From NCBI GenBank assembly GCA_945273735.1, contig CALYPJ010000007.1:4970-68969 (forward strand): 64,000 nucleotides of DNA, read 5' to 3'. Shown here in pieces: positions 60,376-64,000 of this stretch. Within the stretch, counting starts at the first letter, position 1; every line of letters begins with the position of its first letter. The position numbers and the translations under genes were made by a program. Under the pieces are notes generated by a model that was not told the DNA's origin, searched no databases, and worked only from the letters and a program-made list of their open reading frames with translations. The stretch comes from an uncultured Lactobacillaceae bacterium. GTDB lineage: Bacteria > Bacillota > Bacilli > Lactobacillales > Lactobacillaceae.

Positions 60376-63132
60376 TTATTTCAAGCCATTTTTACGCCGA
60401 ATAATCAATTTCCTTAATTCATCAATTAATATCAAAGGAATTGGAATAGCAATTAAAAATAGCCAATTAACTAATTTCAGAGGGCCTGTATTAAATACTC
60501 CTTGGAAAAATGGCACGTATATTAATAAAAGAAGAATAACTACTTCGGATAAAATTCCAATTAAAACATGACGATTACTAAAAATACCGATTTTAAAAAC
60601 TGATATAAATTGGGTACGACAATTAATTGCCGCTGCGATCTGACAAAAAACTATTGCAGCTAGAGTCATCGTAGTTGCTTCTCGATAATTAGCCCCTGAA
60701 CTAGCTAAAGGTACTCCTGGCCATCCGTGTAAATAATTAATAAAGAAATAAGCAGCAGTTGAAACTAAAGATGCAACAAGTCCATACCAACCAAAAGATT
60801 TCCAAAGAATTGATTTATTTAATAAATGAGCTTTACGTGATCTTGGTGGTCGATTCATTATCCCAGGTTCACTTTGTTCAGCACCTAATCCTAAAGCAGG
60901 TAACATATCAGTACCTAAATCTACAGTCAAAATTTGCATAACTGTAAGTGGTAAAGGAATTACTCCTTGAGAAAAAAGAAATAATGCTGAAGGTACAGCC
61001 TCAGGTAAATTACTATTTAAAATATATATTAAAAATTTCTGAATATTGCTATAAACCGTTCTGCCTTCTTCAATAGCAGTTACAATTGAAGCAAAATTAT
61101 CGTCAGTTAAAATCATATCAGCGGCATCTTTAGCAACATCAGTACCTGTCATCCCCATAGCGACACCTATATCGGCCTGCTTAAGTGCAGGAGCATCATT
61201 CACACCATCACCAGTTGAAGCTACAATTTCACCATTACGCTGATTAGCTTTAACAATTCGATATTTTTGCTCTGGAGCAACTCTTGCAAAAACGACTTCA
61301 CCTTTAACTACTTCTGATAATTCATCATCAGACATTCTTTCTAAATCAGAATCAGTAATAATTCGTGCTTTATCAGAAACAATTCCAATTTTTTGAGCCA
61401 CAGATTTAGCAGTTAATCCACCATCACCAGTAACCATTATAATTTTTATTCCAGCTTTGTGCGCCTTTTTTACAGCTTCATAAACTTCTGGTCGGGGAGG
61501 ATCTGCCATTACAGTAAAACCTACAAAAATCAAATCTTGTTCTGTATTTGGGATTGTATAATCTTGTATATTTTGTTGTCCTTGTACAACTTTATAAGCA
61601 ATTGCTAAAGAACGTAAACCTTTAGCAGCATAACTATCATCAGCTTCATTAATTCTTTTTTTATCTTGAACAGTTATTTCTCTAATTTTACCGTTTTCAA
61701 AAATTTTTGTACATTTACTTATTACACTGGACAAAGCACCTTTTACTGTAACAAAAACATTTTGATTATCTAACTTTTGAATCGTTGTCATTCTTTTTCG
61801 ATTGGAATCAAAAGTTAATTCTTTAATTCGTGGATAATCATGAATTATCTTTTGTTTATCTAAACCAGATTTAGCTACCAAAATCTCATGAGCTGCTTCT
61901 GTAGGAGTCCCAATAATTTTAGGTTTATCATTATCACTTGACTTAATCTCGGTATCATTATTTAATGCTATAACTTCAAGTAATTTCATTAAAGATGGAT
62001 CTTGATGAGGATCTACTTGTGAACCATTAAATTGAATTTGCCCATTATTAACATAGCCTTCACCTGTTACAGTATATATTCTATCGGGTAACCAAATATG
62101 ATTAATCGTCATTTGATTTTGAGTCAAAGTTCCGGTCTTATCAGAAGCAATAACAGTAGTTTCTCCTAATGTTTCAACGCTATTTAAAGATTTAACTAAA
62201 GCATGCTTTTTTGCCATACGTTGAACTCCTTGCGCTAAAGATAAGGTAACCGTTGGAAGAAGTCCTTCAGGAATAAAAGCTACAATCATTCCTAGTGCAA
62301 AAATAAAAGCCTTAGCTAGAGGATAATGAACAAAATAAATTGCTGAAACAAAAAAAGATATTCCAATTAAAATTGCAATAATTGAAATTTGTTTAGTCAA
62401 CCGATTTAATTCAATTTCCAATGGTGAGGTAATTTTTTGATTTTTTTGGGTTAATTGTGCAATATGTCCTAATTCTGTATTCATTCCAGTTTTTGTTGCC
62501 ACAGCTAATGCACTACCAGAAGAAGCAATAGTACCTGCAAAAACTTCATTTTTAACTGAAAAGCGTCCCATTCCATGTCCATACTCAACTTGCTTATGTA
62601 CTAAATTGGATTCACCAGTTAAAGCTGATTCATCCACTTCCAAAGAGTCATTACTGATTAAACGAGCATCAGCTAAAATGTTATTTCCTGCTGTTATCTG
62701 AAATAAATCACCTGGCACTAGATCTTCAGCATTAATTTGAATTTTTTTCCCATTTCTAATCACTTGAGCATAACTAGGTAACATTTTTTTTAAGGAATCA
62801 GTTGCCTTTTTAGCAGCTCTAGCTTGCCAATAACTAAATAAACCATTAATGATATTAACTGCCCAGATTGCAATTCCCAATTCAGGCGTTTGAGCTAAAA
62901 TAGCAATGAAGCCACTAAACCAAAGCAGTATAGCCATAACGCTAGTAAAGTGTTTTAAAAAATCCTTTATTTTGGATCCTTGTTTTTCTTGGGTAATTAC
63001 ATTTGATCCATAAGTTTCTAATCTTTTTTTTACTTCTTCAGAGTTTAAACCGTTCTCAGAGGTATTTAATTTTTGATAAAAATCGCTAATTTGAATTTTC
63101 ATTAAACTCAAATTATCATCATCTTTTTCCAT
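60376..63132 (-). CDS. Cation-transporting P-type ATPase (type II)
   Basis: TGES, IPEGL, DKTGTLT, KGA, DPPR, TGDGVNDAPALK. Confidence 0.95.
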   Translation of the reverse strand: MEKDDDNLSLMKIQISDFYQKLNTSENGLNSEEVKKRLETYGSNVITQEKQGSKIKDFLKHFTSVMAILLWFSGFIAILAQTPELGIAIWAVNIINGLFSYWQARAAKKATDSLKKMLPSYAQVIRNGKKIQINAEDLVPGDLFQITAGNNILADARLISNDSLEVDESALTGESNLVHKQVEYGHGMGRFSVKNEVFAGTIASSGSALAVATKTGMNTELGHIAQLTQKNQKITSPLEIELNRLTKQISIIAILIGISFFVSAIYFVHYPLAKAFIFALGMIVAFIPEGLLPTVTLSLAQGVQRMAKKHALVKSLNSVETLGETTVIASDKTGTLTQNQMTINHIWLPDRIYTVTGEGYVNNGQIQFNGSQVDPHQDPSLMKLLEVIALNNDTEIKSSDNDKPKIIGTPTEAAHEILVAKSGLDKQKIIHDYPRIKELTFDSNRKRMTTIQKLDNQNVFVTVKGALSSVISKCTKIFENGKIREITVQDKKRINEADDSYAAKGLRSLAIAYKVVQGQQNIQDYTIPNTEQDLIFVGFTVMADPPRPEVYEAVKKAHKAGIKIIMVTGDGGLTAKSVAQKIGIVSDKARIITDSDLERMSDDELSEVVKGEVVFARVAPEQKYRIVKANQRNGEIVASTGDGVNDAPALKQADIGVAMGMTGTDVAKDAADMILTDDNFASIVTAIEEGRTVYSNIQKFLIYILNSNLPEAVPSALFLFSQGVIPLPLTVMQILTVDLGTDMLPALGLGAEQSEPGIMNRPPRSRKAHLLNKSILWKSFGWYGLVASLVSTAAYFFINYLHGWPGVPLASSGANYREATTMTLAAIVFCQIAAAINCRTQFISVFKIGIFSNRHVLIGILSEVVILLLLIYVPFFQGVFNTGPLKLVNWLFLIAIPIPLILIDELRKLIIRRKNGLK

Positions 63133-63223
63133 TATTTTTTACTCCACAAAAAATAAATTTCATGAATGTAATTATAATCATTCTATCGGAAAAATCTATT
63201 AAATAAATAAACTTTTAAAAGAC

Positions 63224-63257
63224 AAAAAAAGTGAACCTATATTAAGGTTCACTTTTT
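63224..63257 (-). terminator. cspA terminator
   Basis: AAAAAAAGTGAACCT/AGGTTCACTTTTT. Confidence 0.85.
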
Positions 63258-63268
63258 AAAACAAATTA

Positions 63269-63469
63269 TTAACCTTTTACTACGTTAACAGCTTGTGGTC
63301 CGCGTGGCGTATCCTCGATATCAAAAGTAACAGGTTCGCCTTCAGAAAGAGTTTTAAAACCCTCACCCTGAATAGAAGAAAAATGGACAAATACATCATC
63401 ACCATTTTCTCTTGTCAAGAACCCATAACCCTTCTCAGGATTAAACCACTTTACAGTTCCGTGTTCCAT
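63269..63469 (-). CDS. cspA: Cold-shock protein (66 aa)
   Basis: GTVKWFN.EKGYGF (RNP1) and DVFVHFS (RNP2); ATG 63469 follows a GAAGGA SD. Confidence 0.95.
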   Translation of the reverse strand: MEHGTVKWFNPEKGYGFLTRENGDDVFVHFSSIQGEGFKTLSEGEPVTFDIEDTPRGPQAVNVVKG

Positions 63470-63592
63470 TGACTTTCCTTCCACTAAAAAATTGCATCTA
63501 TCACAGGTAATGTGGGGAAAGTGTAAAAACTATCGAACCACTACCTCTTGAAAATACATTGTTTATTTTAACAGATTTTCAATTAAAAGCAA
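63470..63592 (-). promoter_or_regulatory. csp promoter and long 5' UTR (cold-shock leader candidate)
   Basis: TTGCTT-N16-TAAAAT with extended TGn; about 90-nt GC-richer leader before the start. Confidence 0.55.
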
Positions 63593-63723
63593 TAAAATAA
63601 AATATATTTTGTGCAATTTTTTTTAATATTCACCATTGTGTAAAAAACAATCAATTACAATTAATTAAAAACTTTTTTATATAATTTTAAATTTATTAGT
63701 AAAAAGTTAAAAATACTTCGACT

Positions 63724-63999
63724 TTATGGAACATTTTCGGTAAGAGCCCAAGTCAATTTAGTTTTAAATTTATGAACTGTTAGATGATTATCCGCATTTT
63801 GCTTTTTTATTTTTAACTTTTTATTTGTTTCCATACCACTATCAGTTATAATATCAAAATTTTTATTTTCTCTACCAGAGATAATTACAACATCATTATC
63901 AATTAAATTCAAAAATAAATTTGAACTATTGTCAAAAAAACCTAAATCAATTGTTGAAGCTTGAGGGAGTAAATTATCAGCTTTAACTGAAACATTAAT
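63724..63999 (-). CDS. C-terminal part of a probable WxL-like cell-surface protein (truncated by the window edge)
   Basis: Frame is open to the window end; it ends FKTKLTWALTENVP, resembling the WxL terminal motif Yxxx(L/I)TWxLxxxP. Confidence 0.6.
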   Translation of the reverse strand: MNVSVKADNLLPQASTIDLGFFDNSSNLFLNLIDNDVVIISGRENKNFDIITDSGMETNKKLKIKKQNADNHLTVHKFKTKLTWALTENVP

Positions 64000-64000
64000 A

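Noticed and set aside
1-64000. CRISPR array, rRNA, intact transposase or prophage genes
   Set aside because: No regularly spaced repeats or recognisable such sequences were seen, and intergenic gaps are short.

Overview
This is a very AT-rich Lactobacillaceae-type (Firmicutes) chromosome segment; the genus cannot be assigned from sequence alone. It spans the probable replication terminus: a Firmicutes-type dif site lies at 44150-44177, with most genes on + to its left and on - to its right. Left arm: pbp2A-yhaO-yhaN, prsA/hit/ecsAB/trmB, murC, polA-mutM-coaE-nrdR-dnaB-dnaI-thrS, metK, a GH73+7xLysM autolysin, leuS, murJ, yebC, a full comG pseudopilus operon, a Met T-box metQNI operon and ytxK-ackA. 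Right arm: ppaC, lysR, pflAB, tRNA-Arg(CCT), prs-glmU, veg-rsmA-rnmV-tatD-metG, a P-type ATPase, cspA and a partial WxL-like gene. An accessory patch surrounds dif: D-serine dehydratase, a ClbS/DfsB-family gene with a classic 19-bp-spacer MerR promoter and divergent MerR-GyrI regulator, a fructokinase pseudogene, an orphan RelB/DinJ antitoxin, pgl, a possible IS3-like mini-element and an orphan Wzx flippase. The best leads are the MerR-GyrI/ClbS-like sensor-detox module, an apparent ATT start for comGA, a ThrRS with a degenerate editing site, and normally origin-proximal genes sitting next to dif. All protein calls rest on motif recognition and synteny; no database searches were run.
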